Virus record (IMG/VR): IMGVR_UViG_3300025389_001063
Source: a virus
Lineage: Duplodnaviria > Caudoviricetes
DNA length: 64,000 nt
Reading direction: 5' to 3' (one strand)
Shown here piece after piece: positions 32,601 to 41,062 of the stretch (its first letter is position 1; each line of letters starts with the position of its first letter). Made by a program: the position numbers and the translations under genes. The notes under the pieces were generated by a model. That model saw only the letters and a list, made by a program, of their open reading frames with translations, was not told where the DNA came from and did no database searches.

Positions 32601-35600
32601 TCTAGGTGTTAAGTCGCCAGGAACAGTATAAGAAGGAGAATTAAAATCAAATTCAGGAACAGAATTCCATCTTAAAAACTCAGTAATTAATATATCATTA
32701 ATTTCTGATTTTGTAAAATCAGTTCGACGATAATAACCAGTTAATACATCATTTATGTCAAAAATATCTGGATCATAATTCACTCTAACATTATTAAAAA
32801 TTCTTTTTTCAATTTCTAAAATAACATCGTCTCTATAATCTCCATATGCTGTAAAAATACTACCATCGTGTCCTTGGATTACTGTTATCGATGCTGCTGC
32901 TGGAGATTCGGTTCCATCAAAGTTTTGAACAATAGTTCTATGTGTATCATCTATATAAATCATAGGTTCATATAAGGGATATAAACCTAATTTAGAAGGA
33001 GTTAAAGGAACATAACAACCGTCTGTACTTGCATAATCCTTAATTAAAACTTGATCTCCAACGGATAATGTTGAAGTTATAGTTACAAAAGCATCAGTCG
33101 TATCAAATGTATAATCTTTATCATATATTAATTGCTCTTCATTTACATAGATTAAAATCGACCTTTTTGTTTGTGTTTTTGGATTGAATATACTATCAAT
33201 GATAAAAACTGGAAAACGTGGATCATCAACTGTATATTGTCTTACTGACGCTGCTCCAAAAGGAACCATATCAGAATAATAAAAAGGTGATTTTTCTAAA
33301 TATTTAGATTGTGAATAAGAAAGTAAAACCTGATCTGCTATTTCTCTAGGTGTTCCATCAAATCCTTTTGTCTCTAATCTAAATATTGTATCTTTTTTAA
33401 ATTGAGTATATTCTTTACTTGCCCATTGTAAAGTTTTAACAATATTAACATTCTTATCAATCATTAAAAAGGCAGATAAACTCAAAGGCCCAGAATGTTG
33501 CATAAATTTGCGACCAAGATTAGAAACATTTCCTAATTCTGATAAATTACCGAGGCCAGGATAGTTTCCTGAAAAACCAGAAGAATTCTCAACTATACTT
33601 CTAACATGATCAATAGATTCTCCGAAGGTAAAATTGTCAACTGTTTTATTGAAAGGATTGTTTTGCCAATTGAGGGGGATTTCATAATACCCCTTAAGAT
33701 TTTTATTTGAGATTGATCTTATTTTATAAACAACTTTATCTCCTGCTGCTAAAGGAGTTCCAAAATTAATATATGCAATTCCTTCAGTTACACCAAGATT
33801 TAAATCAGATCTTTTAATATCATTAACATAAACACGAATTCTATAATCAACTTTTGTTCTTACATCAGGAACAACTATAGTTCCTTCACGATATAAAGTT
33901 TGATTATTATAATATTTTGGAAATACAGAACCGGAAGATAATTGTGTCCAATACATTAAGTCTGTTGGACTCGCTGTATTATTATCAACATTAGAAACAT
34001 AAAGATACAAACCGTAACTTACAATATCTTTATTATTGTAAACTACAGTCATTTTCATATTATTAAAATTACTAACATTATTAGTGTTTATAAGTTTCCA
34101 ATTATTAGTATCAGTTACACCAATTGATATATTATTTCTTAAAGCAATATAATAAGAACTTCCTAATTTAATAATATCATTTATGACATATTGTTGATTG
34201 CTACTATATTGTCCTTTAAAAAATCCATTAACTGTATTATATTCTCCTCTAAATTGTGACTGTCCCTTTATTAAAATTTTCCAATAAATTATATCTGTTG
34301 GATAATAATGATCTATATTATCTTGTATTGCAATATATACAGATCCCTTATAACTAATAATGTCGTCTACAAAATAACTATCTATTAAATTAAATTCACC
34401 TTTGTATATATACCCCGTAAATAATAATTTCCAATAATTTGTATTTTGGGGAGTCACTTGAGCAGAATTACCCATAATATCTTCAAGAGCTATGTAAAAG
34501 AAATTATTATATAAAACAATATCTCTTTGATGATAATTTGATCCAATTCCTTTCCAAATTCCTTGATAAGATGTGTTATAATTGAAAGGTAACCAATAAT
34601 CAGTATTAGTTAAATCTCTTCCTAAATTATCTTGAATAGAAATATAAAATTGATTCGTTGATAATATTTGATTAGCTTGTTCTAAAGCATAAAGTAATTG
34701 TGCATCATCATATACATCTATCGGAACACTACTAGTTGCAGACTCAACTTTTAAAACCCTAACAACATTTTGTTCAGTTTTTCTATCTGTTTCTATCCAA
34801 CCATTTTTATATTCAAACGCATTGTTAAGATTCCACTTTCGAAGAAATGCTTGATATGCATTTAATGTAACTACACTTTTATTTAATGTGTATTTCCATG
34901 TATCTTTTTCTAAACTAAATTCAAATTCAATATCACCCACATTATCTATAGAACGATAAACTAAAGGAAATCCAAGTTCAGAATCATTTATTCCTGTACC
35001 TGTTTGATAGTTGAAGATTTTAGTTCCTTTAAAATTATTATAAGGATATACAGTTGTATCAGAATAACTAACAAAATTTTCATCAAAAAGATCAAACAAT
35101 GGTGCTTGATTTATTGCTGTTTTCTTTTGTGCTTGTGCCCAAGTTCCATTCAAATAATAAAAGGAAGATCCCATATATGAATTTCCTTTGGTGATGTAAA
35201 CTATTTCACCTTCGACAGGATCAGTATCTGGTACTTCTTGTAATGTTAATTGTTGTTTTCTTCTAGTAACTCCTGACCCAACAACAGAAACCTTCATTGT
35301 AAGATTAGTAGAATCAATTAAAGTAACTGCTGAGCCATTTGCTGTTAATCCTACAGAAAATGATGTTGAAGTAAAATTAGTTTTAAGAATATAATATACT
35401 GTTGAAGGAGATAATCCTCCAATTAAATTTCCAGAAAATTTTACAGTCATACCTGGTTTTAAAGTATTAGTGTCGGGAACAGTAATTATATCTTTAGTAG
35501 ATTGATCAGAGTTAACTATATGGGCTGTAGAAATAACAACAATGTCCTGATTAGAAGACTCATAAACATTTTGTATTTGTTGAACTTCAAATATTTTTCC

Positions 35601-37085
35601 TTTAACTAAAATATCATTATCTGCTAAAAATAATACTCGATAACCCGGAAGGAGTTCTATACCATCTATAAAATAACCTGTACTACCTTCGATTAATGAA
35701 AATACGTCTGTTGTTACTGTATCAACTAAATCAATATCTGCTTTTGAAAAATAGCCATGATTATATAATTTTAAATCAGGTTCAAATTCAATGATAGGAC
35801 GAAGAGCTCGAGTTGTTTGATCTAATAAAGGTATTGTACCATTTGCTGTTGCAGAAATTTCAATTACTGATCGATGAAACCATCTATTAGTTCTAGACCA
35901 ATTATTTCTATCTCTAGATGCCCTGTTAATAACCAAATAATCTTTTTCAAGAGGATAATTGTCTGCGTTTTCCCAAGGTAATGTGTCAAATCCTTGATCG
36001 TCAAATGGAATATCAATATTTGAAATAAAGGTTGCAGGAGACTCTAGATCTTTTTTGTTTATTAAAACAATTCTACTTCCAACTCCTTCAACATACCATT
36101 GTCCAGATGCATATTTTGTAGGAGTTACTTGTCCTGAAAATTGCACAACAAGCCCATTAATAAATTGAATACCATCACTAGTTGTAAAATTTATTTTTCC
36201 TACTATTTCTTTTTCAACATCAAGAAAAGCAGCATCTTTAATATCTTTAATATTAATAATTCCCACTGTCTCATCAAGAACACCGTTATTTTCTCTCACA
36301 GTATTATCAACGTAATAAAGCATATCAGGTGCTTCATATGGTACTGTAAAAGTTAATATTCCTTTTTCAACATTTCTTGCACTAACACCAATGTCATAGA
36401 AATAACTATCGCCTGATTCATTTTGTGTCTTAATTGAAAACAAAGTATTAGGTGCATTAATATTAAATGTATATGTTACTCCTCTATAAAGAGTTAATGC
36501 AGGATTTGCTGTTAAACCATCTGGAGTAAAAATATAAACAATATTATTATCCTCAAATTGTGATGTAACAGAATACTCAGAAACTATATTTTCTAAATGT
36601 CCATATACTGTAATTGGATCCGGTCCTGACGGTAACCAAAAATATTCTCGATAATTTACAAACTTATCCCAATCAATATGTGGATCCCAAGTATATGCTT
36701 CTTGTTTATTAAGTTTACTATGATTAGATACGTTAGCTCCAAAATACTTAAGGCTGTTAATATAATCAATGTAATCACCAAACCAATTAATATTACCTGT
36801 TACAGAATCCTGATTAATAAATGCAGGTTCTAATTGATAATATTGTCTTGGTGTTGATGTTTCTTCTATATAATTGTCATCAAAAGAATAATTAGGAATG
36901 TCTCTACGACCAATATAAGAACTAATTCGAGTTAATGTTCCTGGTTGTGTTACAACATCAACTGTTCCTCCAAGAAATTTTTTATTAGAATTACTTCTAA
37001 AAAAGTTTGGAAGAAGATTACTATTTTGTCTTTTATTGTTAGAACCTATCGGCAACGGTGATTCATTGTAGTCTTGTTGTGCCAT
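20691..37085 (-). CDS. Giant (5464 aa) baseplate wedge-like protein (gp7 position) with multiple inserted adhesin-like repeats
   Basis: Uninterrupted 16.4-kb ORF after the gp6-like gene; ~10 W/F..(G)..Y..GD.V.Y.G..Y.A CBM5/12-like modules, FG-GAP-like propeller motifs, four C...L..G..I.F.G..GG.....YYV modules. Confidence 0.75.
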   Translation of the reverse strand: MAQQDYNESPLPIGSNNKRQNSNLLPNFFRSNSNKKFLGGTVDVVTQPGTLTRISSYIGRRDIPNYSFDDNYIEETSTPRQYYQLEPAFINQDSVTGNINWFGDYIDYINSLKYFGANVSNHSKLNKQEAYTWDPHIDWDKFVNYREYFWLPSGPDPITVYGHLENIVSEYSVTSQFEDNNIVYIFTPDGLTANPALTLYRGVTYTFNINAPNTLFSIKTQNESGDSYFYDIGVSARNVEKGILTFTVPYEAPDMLYYVDNTVRENNGVLDETVGIINIKDIKDAAFLDVEKEIVGKINFTTSDGIQFINGLVVQFSGQVTPTKYASGQWYVEGVGSRIVLINKKDLESPATFISNIDIPFDDQGFDTLPWENADNYPLEKDYLVINRASRDRNNWSRTNRWFHRSVIEISATANGTIPLLDQTTRALRPIIEFEPDLKLYNHGYFSKADIDLVDTVTTDVFSLIEGSTGYFIDGIELLPGYRVLFLADNDILVKGKIFEVQQIQNVYESSNQDIVVISTAHIVNSDQSTKDIITVPDTNTLKPGMTVKFSGNLIGGLSPSTVYYILKTNFTSTSFSVGLTANGSAVTLIDSTNLTMKVSVVGSGVTRRKQQLTLQEVPDTDPVEGEIVYITKGNSYMGSSFYYLNGTWAQAQKKTAINQAPLFDLFDENFVSYSDTTVYPYNNFKGTKIFNYQTGTGINDSELGFPLVYRSIDNVGDIEFEFSLEKDTWKYTLNKSVVTLNAYQAFLRKWNLNNAFEYKNGWIETDRKTEQNVVRVLKVESATSSVPIDVYDDAQLLYALEQANQILSTNQFYISIQDNLGRDLTNTDYWLPFNYNTSYQGIWKGIGSNYHQRDIVLYNNFFYIALEDIMGNSAQVTPQNTNYWKLLFTGYIYKGEFNLIDSYFVDDIISYKGSVYIAIQDNIDHYYPTDIIYWKILIKGQSQFRGEYNTVNGFFKGQYSSNQQYVINDIIKLGSSYYIALRNNISIGVTDTNNWKLINTNNVSNFNNMKMTVVYNNKDIVSYGLYLYVSNVDNNTASPTDLMYWTQLSSGSVFPKYYNNQTLYREGTIVVPDVRTKVDYRIRVYVNDIKRSDLNLGVTEGIAYINFGTPLAAGDKVVYKIRSISNKNLKGYYEIPLNWQNNPFNKTVDNFTFGESIDHVRSIVENSSGFSGNYPGLGNLSELGNVSNLGRKFMQHSGPLSLSAFLMIDKNVNIVKTLQWASKEYTQFKKDTIFRLETKGFDGTPREIADQVLLSYSQSKYLEKSPFYYSDMVPFGAASVRQYTVDDPRFPVFIIDSIFNPKTQTKRSILIYVNEEQLIYDKDYTFDTTDAFVTITSTLSVGDQVLIKDYASTDGCYVPLTPSKLGLYPLYEPMIYIDDTHRTIVQNFDGTESPAAASITVIQGHDGSIFTAYGDYRDDVILEIEKRIFNNVRVNYDPDIFDINDVLTGYYRRTDFTKSEINDILITEFLRWNSVPEFDFNSPSYTVPGDLTPRYQWIDGDPFTYNYNKSMAPNGIEFLYGYWRGVYKYFFDTDRPHSHPWEMQGFSIKPTWWETIYGQAPYTSENKIMWDSIEKGIINDPKGRSINLKFARPGLGNYLPVDDAGNLISPFESGLSQNFSKSNSQGRYTFGDQAPVETAWRRSNEYPFAVMIAMCVLRGSEFIGKMWDRFTIKRNIAGQIYSTITNKKLNTAELVFANELQSDGTRTITNGLTNFIDEYIFVNTNIDYNYYKSLIRGLDAKLRYRLGGFSSKEKIKILLDSRTPNSSGTIFLPNENYKIFYNKSAPVETVNYSGVIIEKRTDGYSVKGYDIEKYVFEIFPPRTSSKDPVINVGGISESYIEWSSNQYYTAGQLVKIDSLYYRTLISHTSSSSADIDIAAKKFQLLPSLPITGGRDAYVRQKFINVPIKVPYGTVFTDIQSVVDFLLGYQERLRDLGFQFDDYSSDLQLPLNWLTSAKEFMFWTLQNWIAGSVITLSPAANNLKYSPNITASVDTLNSEFYGYSIFKADGSPLLSDLTDIYREDNGFTIQPTIKTADGIYNIRTSLVYQEHVIIFDNISVFGDIVYDVIPGYRQGRLKLVGFKTNNWDGSYYSPGFMYDNADVQNWQPNIDYNIGDVINYKNSYYTALERIYGTTTFDYTKWSKLSSKPTPKLEPNLDYRIEQFRDFYSLESSNFDESQVNLARHLVGYQKRQYLEDIIVDDVSQYKFYQGYIKEKGTLNSVTKLFDALRSSGYSTLDLKEEWAFKVADFGASDAYTELEFILDETKFLHNPQDIVLSLGSKNLSDLSIYNLTISDVVKKYNTYDANPFVTTSLDFNQKNYGVFKYRVAGYVNPNDVDLILYDEPSLLNYNHTLLKNKDKIWIGNTPNGDWNVMGYYDTKSFITSWERQGNLLNLYLSFVPMLSVGDIIVVKNIDLINGVYKVISIYAHFIQVFTSNNLLVNNLVSDSTHGVLFKFESVRYKNPESIDNSLFNNLQISGEKIWIDQDSLNEWKVLENSKVFKSSTLTIPIFLRKDNVLSGHEIKISQDNKFLFVSYIGYQNGTVIVYTRPNNTTDWVFLQSISMPTDFNVLSGTEKFGTSIDISSDGMVLVISAPDLSNIKSHFTGDFSVNGIYNTGDVVRYNNQLWIKINPDVDGTFSKITDSSHNFEIDGGSSESYPQATIDGGNSVFQNSVFSGWQLLSQVFEVSEESYISGLNKQGAVFVYNYNIDQRQFNRDSYVYEKTLSTVTSIIGTSPNYYLTCDSTSNLTVGQLIKFIGTTFGGIDTSTIYYVSSISNETQFNISLTSGGSVLPLTSGSGSMTVTNGAYIAREQIICSYNPIANERFGTKVKISKVGSEYWLYVSSEQYLQSGSVQVFRRDSTGAWNYNLDQQFLNFNYINDGVFPSPYVPGVGDLYGYDLQVYNNFVIVSAPFINGGAIYIFEKTSTIFSLIQVIDKYTIENIPGINSVGTSALINDSDNFGYSISMKGSDLFVSSPNNDVEYINSGIIYKFEYTEGVIPPFTVTQLIYPPLKIQNERFGIKIDTNSDQSILVVSSAGGNVTLNTTFDVHIDRLVFNYDSTRNYTLDPNSSLALVSTSFDQGATGFYDSTPYTGSVYAYNSFDNKFVYADYITPLDTLVTADNFGLALAISNDCLVIGAPNHSVNGVHSGSTYIFDYNTPSWKVIASGSNVVDVSKFKKAFIYNTNKNVLIEELDFIDPLKGYIAGPANQEITYQTMRDPASYDYTNYSQTLVDKSSPWRDDHIGEVWWDLSTVKWIWYEQGDSSFRNTYWNTVFPGSTIDVYEWTETTLLPSQWVAATSGTNSLANGFSGVPAYTGDLTYSTKQKYDPISGVLTTYYYYWVKNKVTIPNVHFRSMSVYDVARLILDPSAEGYKFIAITGSNSFSLVNVKPDIYHRDVNLNLQFYEIDNTDLIVHREYALIAEGDPFAIIPTVIETKWIDSLCGTNVNGGSVPDTRLSKFQRYGASNEPRQTWFVNRYEALKQYFEYVNSILLQNQIADKINFVNLLKSDLEPDLNSGKIDQIVDILDDLRFIGTAKLRAAVLSPVIKDGQIIRVTIVDSGYGYKVAPAVQILGVGTGAKIKLILDSNGSVSAATVIKRGHDYDTYSTKIYVRNYTVLIRSDSDALGGWTLHDWFSNTGNIGTYYWRRIKTQGWNVQRYWNYADWYAKGYSSESNIKFQVDRTVNLEGLQSSVGDLVKVTNVSNNWLLLQRVSSTENPDYTQVYEVVGKQNGTIQFSDKLYNLNSDLGFDTIYSYDNSLYDQGPSIELRIILESIRDNILINELRVEYISTFFNSVNYSLHEQLYVDWVFKTSFLKINHNAGTLKQRITYQSDVLPSYQKYIEEVKPYKSKIREMLDSYNYTDPAYELTTDFDLFSYYDSNVGKIIRGSLTSSFINTYPWKSWYDNYKYGVIEIKVYDQGDGYKSIPDVIITGDGTGAKATAYIAKGKLVSIEIDNPGTGYTYAPTIFISGGNAKGDPIAKAVAIIGNNQVRTTKIGIKYDRISPNYTIQDFYYTDTFSGTGSLKSFKLTFAPDPKKVNFNILVNNIEIYGSLYSISIVQNLHDTYSALEGYVVFKTAPSYGVNNITISYKKNIQLFDSADRINYGYSPTEGMLGNELGLLMTGVDYSGVQLTSIDFNVGGGWDVIPWDSTSWDNVINSTDDFVVIPDHSTVIFTLPYVPKNGEIINIYVNGIRVDDLYYSHYDGSTVQPNGLTSSPKNTIMDTFVGDGIKNQITLPHAFTSNDTITFRKSTSDGAILPADLTLIDSLVDGGDLAYTTASGVSAEEIIIDGDGFVTSDTSYGPEELVQGQVVDTLEINVYHTPSSGGPNVIVHNFLGDGVNSSFTLPSSLMPKTREGALVTVGNRAIDLAVDYKENKITILSYDFTTGQYHPYIPDLGAQIAITSVDTAGYDIADQVSFIGDGSTKEFLTSARYNNGNVTPLVILNGEYLGYEILNTNYAQGGDTVSIILSDSDISSSTDYSSSYSPTDAPGAFISIVDGTGIEQFGLIEYYDPKSKIALVVKESFIWFPVVQCDNIKFIVDSTATLSIGMPIIISKSALGPSFAGVNNNTVYYVTSDNFTSTTFSISLTLNGPPILLSQSSGVMLVKGAGWDTYAQTISPTLDSTTKYIIQVQASSYRNSITVKNSTIAEYGVPGDVVIEFEKAPGNGDKIVIMIFNGLVQKFSRVFADTIPIVPGQYQYTLNRVPANAEPLSASIFVLVDSIKISPDGSQTVVNEFVQAPAYKYFTYEGIDILDIQEVRFPPNSLVADDISLYLNGVQLVPVRDYYLDSNQVLVNLTPGVAKTGDEIIVEITKLSDYKVIGDQLIFNKTNFQIQNQILIVVNTFTNHDIVKFRRSSYGFKFTTGYDVLQYEFTQYDILSSSVNTSGIFDLPRLVSSKSSCLVSLNRRLLIPNVDYVILDNLSQVKVLLPDILNSSGYIEILTVNDRTVRPSFGFKIFKDMLNRTIYKRIDSSSSTYLKQDFMYLDTQIVVNDTTKLQLPTPNKNLPGVIEIEGERIEYFSMKNNTLSQLRRATLGTGAKNYYSIGTEVSDVGQDQTVPYSDQEDKITYFGDNHTTIFNLDFTPKNSSLVKWFSKKGFKYIGNYDYTLSYSNGDIVVYNGIYYTAIYPTIVVTGSTTKTNIVICSSTATLSVGTSIIFGSKFGNVNAGQIYYVYSILSDTEFTITDQQDGKQLVLTAITQNVILNTIPSNALSNQSSFWQEYAQVIDINWYINHTKRWYTAQTYSKGTIVWNNGIYYQAIKDVQTSIDITDTNYWVPYNLPILDTDWYRDTINVVSPANLVVGQQYTITDIGLTNWSQVGVPTGTTPVPGLTFIATATTPTNSGSHPGLVISSGIPVSYGQCDQIEVYVGGRRLIKNPYIVHNYTKSIDSYQGTGDITLQAEFAVSGIDNTIKLSTPPAAGELVIIIYKTGRIWKKRGESVPLVYSQTDIAQFLTARPAILPK

Positions 37086-37103
37086 TTAACTCTAAATCTC
37101 CAA

Positions 37104-40100
37104 TTATAATGAACTTGATATGCTTTGTAAGTTCGTTGTATTAATGTTATAAGTATCAGAAGTTACAATATATCCCTGTGCTTTAATTCTAGATGCAGTA
37201 ATTGCATCAACAATTTGTATATCATTAACTGTTGCTCCGCTAATAAAAATTTCATTTGGCTGAGATGTTATTTGTTGTAAACTTCCATAAACTTGATCAC
37301 TGTTAGTAGGAACAATTAAAAAAGTTGTAATATAAGGAACAAGTTGATTTACTATATAAGTTGCCATTTCTGTAAAATAAAAAGTATCACCAAAATCCCA
37401 ATTATCAAGGCTAAAATATTGATTGATTGCTACTATAATTCTAGATTTAACATCGTTATCCGTAATAACTTGTTCTCCGTTTTTAACAACTATAAAACTT
37501 GCCTGTAAATTAGTAGAGGCCGCAGATCCAAATAATACTCTATATTTTACAGGATGATAAATTATTTCATCACTAATACTTTTGATTTGATCTAATTTTC
37601 CGCCATATGTAATCTTAAGATCCGTTGAACTAAGTGGAAGAGGTTCTGTATCTAAATTTCCTGCTATCCAATTTCTATAATCTAAATCATATGCCTTTGT
37701 TAATATATATGTATCCATAATATTGCTTGCACTAGGATCAATTCTATAACTTTGATCTGCATTGTGCAAATAATAGAAATTAATATTTGCTCTTCCTATT
37801 GCTGCATAATAATCAGTTGTAATAACTAATTCTTGAAGACTTGAATTATATATTTTAACTATGTCAGACATATAAAAATAAAATAATTGTCCATTTGTAT
37901 AAGAACTCAATGAGGAAATTGAATTTTCTGAGTCAAAAATAAGAAACATATTATTAGTGTTTTCAATGTAACGATAATCTTCTACATATGCTTCTGTAAT
38001 ATATTTTTCAAAAAATACATATCGATTTGGATTAGAAATTGACGGATCTACAATAATATCAAATTGATCCGGATTATCTGCAACACCATCTGAATTTATA
38101 TCTGATAAAGTTATTTTTATTGTTCTACTACTTGCATATCCATCAACTTCAGTTGTAACTCCAATTATATTAAAAATATAATCTTGTCCTAAAGATGTTG
38201 ATGTATTAGGAAGGGTATTAAATTTCAATACATTGACAACATCTTTTTTTACTTTTCCTGTATTTGAATCATAAATTTTTCTAGTTCCATCAAAATAAAA
38301 TCTATTTTCAAGTATAGAAGAAAAGAAATATTCGAGACCTCTATATGTAACAGTATATGTTGTTCCATCTGTTTCAAAAGCAACTAACCAACTAGCATCT
38401 AATTTAGATCCCGTATTATCTCCAGACTTACCAAGACTCCACGGATTTAATAGATCTAAATTTCTATCATAAACTATTTGCCATGCTCTAGTAGAAATAT
38501 CATATCTTAATCCAAAATTTTTATTATTAAATACAAGTTCTACGGCAACTGATAATGTGTCTGTTGGAAAAACACTATTAAACTTAGGAATAACTTGATT
38601 AATAATTGCTGTAGAAGGAATGATTTTATCAAACACAATAGGACCATATCCAGATGATAATACTCCTAATCCAGTAGCAGTACCATCTCCTACTACTGCT
38701 ACAACTTTTGTCCAAATTCTATCAATTGTAGTTGACGATGCAGTTGTTGTTAATGTACCAGATTGAGTAAAATAAAATCCTGACGGTGGAATAAATTTAA
38801 TTAATGCACCAGGTTCTAAATATTTTAAACTATTTTCAGTATAAGATCCTACCTTAAATGGTGTTGTAGTATCTGATGTACTAGTAACATATCCAGTACT
38901 TTCACTTACTGCTGTTGTTACTTGAGTAAATGCAATAGTAATATCTGGCAAAATTATCTTAGTATAATTTTCATAATAAAAGTCTCTCATTGATTCCGCT
39001 TCTAATAACGGTTGTACTTGATTCATTAAAATTGAATCTATTTGAGTTCGACTATTAAATGTAAAGGTAAAATTATTTTCTGTTTGTTCTCTATAAATGA
39101 TTCCATCTGTACAAAAAATATTAATAGAACTATATTTTCCACTAGCATCAATTAAATCAAAATTTCTACTGATTCCACTAGCAGTTCTATTAATTGTTTT
39201 AACTTTTGCAATTGTTTGACTTACACTAAGAGGAGCTAAATTATAATCCTCTCCTGTGATCATTCTATTCTGTGTATAATATGTTAAAGGTGCATTAGTT
39301 TTAATTTCAGTAAGACTCTCTGCGGCAGAGGCTGTAGTTACTGTATTTTTAAGAGATAATGTAATTGTTAAAGATTCACCCGATCCTGTTTTAGAAGTAT
39401 AAGGAATTGTTATTACAACACCAGCCATATCCTTAGGATTAATATAATAAGTTTGTCCATTTGAAACTCTATAATATGTTCTAAAACTACCTTTAGGTAG
39501 ATTACCAAAGATACCATCAGCAAATAATAAAGAAACAGCATCGCTTGCTTTGGTTTGTACTTGATATATATTTCTAATTGTTTTATCAAGACTATTATAA
39601 ATGATATTATTTCCTGTAATAGAAGGAACCTTTGTCCATAATGTTTGTTCATTATTAGAAGAATCTAAACTGTATAACCAGAGATCATTATCATTAATAT
39701 TGATATCAGTAATATCTACAATTTCATTAGTTGTAGGACTATTCATTTTAAATTCTTTATACAAAAGTGTACCTTGTCTAAAATGTAGGAACCAACCAGT
39801 ATTAACACTCCCATAACCTTTATAATCATTTCTATAAATGAAAGAAAATTTATTTCCTCTTAATGGAGCATCTTCAACAATATATCCATTTGAAATAATT
39901 GTACTTGGAATTTCAAAAGGTAATGTTACTCCATTTACAGCTTTACTAAAATTAAATAATGGAATTCCTGAATTATTAGAATTAAATTTATATTGCTCAG
40001 TTTGTATATTTCCTATTACACTCTGAGATATTGGCGTGCCAAAATTATTTTCAGCAACCATAGCAGAATCCATAATTCTTGTAATCTGATCTAACCAATT

Positions 40101-40550
40101 ATTATTAGTTGGATCATTCCAAACTACTACTAGACCTGATAAATTTCTACCATTAGCATCTATAATTTCTTCTGTTGTAGTAATACTGTCTATTTTTAAT
40201 AATCCATTTGCACAAACGTTTCTAGAAGGATTATAACTAATTAATTGTGCTAATCTTAAAACACTTTCTTGACGTTCTGCAAGTTCTAAAAAGTTTTCTC
40301 TAGCATTTAAATCAATACGAAAAGATAGACTTTGACCTAAAAAACAAAGAAGATCAATCAAGGCAAGGTATTCACTAGATTCAATATAATCATTAAAGTC
40401 TTCAGGATATTTTTCCCTAAGATATTGAATCATTACACGGCGTAAATTTTCAAAATCATAACTTGTGAAATCAGCATTGCTGAATTTTTGATATATTTTT
40501 TTCCAATCTTCGGCTAGAAAAAGATTCTGTTGACGTCCGGTTGTTGACAT
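37104..40550 (-). CDS. gp6: Baseplate wedge protein gp6-like
   Basis: ADFTSYDFENLRR.MI.YL...YPEDFNDY.ESSE..ALID...GQ.L.FR.DLNARENF...A....SV..LA...SYNP; ES..EIK.NAP..Y.TQNR..T..DY. Confidence 0.8.
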   Translation of the reverse strand: MSTTGRQQNLFLAEDWKKIYQKFSNADFTSYDFENLRRVMIQYLREKYPEDFNDYIESSEYLALIDLLCFLGQSLSFRIDLNARENFLELAERQESVLRLAQLISYNPSRNVCANGLLKIDSITTTEEIIDANGRNLSGLVVVWNDPTNNNWLDQITRIMDSAMVAENNFGTPISQSVIGNIQTEQYKFNSNNSGIPLFNFSKAVNGVTLPFEIPSTIISNGYIVEDAPLRGNKFSFIYRNDYKGYGSVNTGWFLHFRQGTLLYKEFKMNSPTTNEIVDITDININDNDLWLYSLDSSNNEQTLWTKVPSITGNNIIYNSLDKTIRNIYQVQTKASDAVSLLFADGIFGNLPKGSFRTYYRVSNGQTYYINPKDMAGVVITIPYTSKTGSGESLTITLSLKNTVTTASAAESLTEIKTNAPLTYYTQNRMITGEDYNLAPLSVSQTIAKVKTINRTASGISRNFDLIDASGKYSSINIFCTDGIIYREQTENNFTFTFNSRTQIDSILMNQVQPLLEAESMRDFYYENYTKIILPDITIAFTQVTTAVSESTGYVTSTSDTTTPFKVGSYTENSLKYLEPGALIKFIPPSGFYFTQSGTLTTTASSTTIDRIWTKVVAVVGDGTATGLGVLSSGYGPIVFDKIIPSTAIINQVIPKFNSVFPTDTLSVAVELVFNNKNFGLRYDISTRAWQIVYDRNLDLLNPWSLGKSGDNTGSKLDASWLVAFETDGTTYTVTYRGLEYFFSSILENRFYFDGTRKIYDSNTGKVKKDVVNVLKFNTLPNTSTSLGQDYIFNIIGVTTEVDGYASSRTIKITLSDINSDGVADNPDQFDIIVDPSISNPNRYVFFEKYITEAYVEDYRYIENTNNMFLIFDSENSISSLSSYTNGQLFYFYMSDIVKIYNSSLQELVITTDYYAAIGRANINFYYLHNADQSYRIDPSASNIMDTYILTKAYDLDYRNWIAGNLDTEPLPLSSTDLKITYGGKLDQIKSISDEIIYHPVKYRVLFGSAASTNLQASFIVVKNGEQVITDNDVKSRIIVAINQYFSLDNWDFGDTFYFTEMATYIVNQLVPYITTFLIVPTNSDQVYGSLQQITSQPNEIFISGATVNDIQIVDAITASRIKAQGYIVTSDTYNINTTNLQSISSSL

Positions 40551-40600
40551 TGAATTAACTACCTTGTTTTCTTTATTTATTATTGAAAATATGTGGGTGT

Positions 40601-41047
40601 TTAATTAGAACTTATACCGTTTGCTTGATCAAATTTAAATTGCAAGGTTTCTTGTATATTGTATGGCAAATATATAAGTGTTACTTCTATCTGTATAGCA
40701 TTGTCTACTTGTGTTACAGTACTTTTTACAACTTGAGTACGAGGATCTGCATTAACAATTGCCGATACATCAGTAACTATAGCCTGTTTTAGACCATCTG
40801 TTAATGGCTCATAGAGTGCATCCCATATAATAGTTCCAAATTCAGGATTCTCAAGTTTTTCTCCCTTACGAATATGAAAATTATTAATAAGATCTTGTTT
40901 AATTAATTCTAAATCATATAAAACAGTGTTTTCAATCGTAGTACTTACTGTACTAAAACCTCTATAAGTTCTAGACGTTAACGGTAATTGTTGACCTTCA
41001 GTAGTAGTTGGTCCTAATCTTATATTCTCAAAACCTACAGTAGACAT
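40601..41047 (-). CDS. gp25: Baseplate wedge gp25-like (GPW/gp25 family)
   Basis: YRGFST...D.ELIKQDL.N.F..RKGE....PEFG..IW..LYEP......I......I...DPR. Confidence 0.85.
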   Translation of the reverse strand: MSTVGFENIRLGPTTTEGQQLPLTSRTYRGFSTVSTTIENTVLYDLELIKQDLINNFHIRKGEKLENPEFGTIIWDALYEPLTDGLKQAIVTDVSAIVNADPRTQVVKSTVTQVDNAIQIEVTLIYLPYNIQETLQFKFDQANGISSN

Positions 41048-41062
41048 ATTATTAATTATCCT

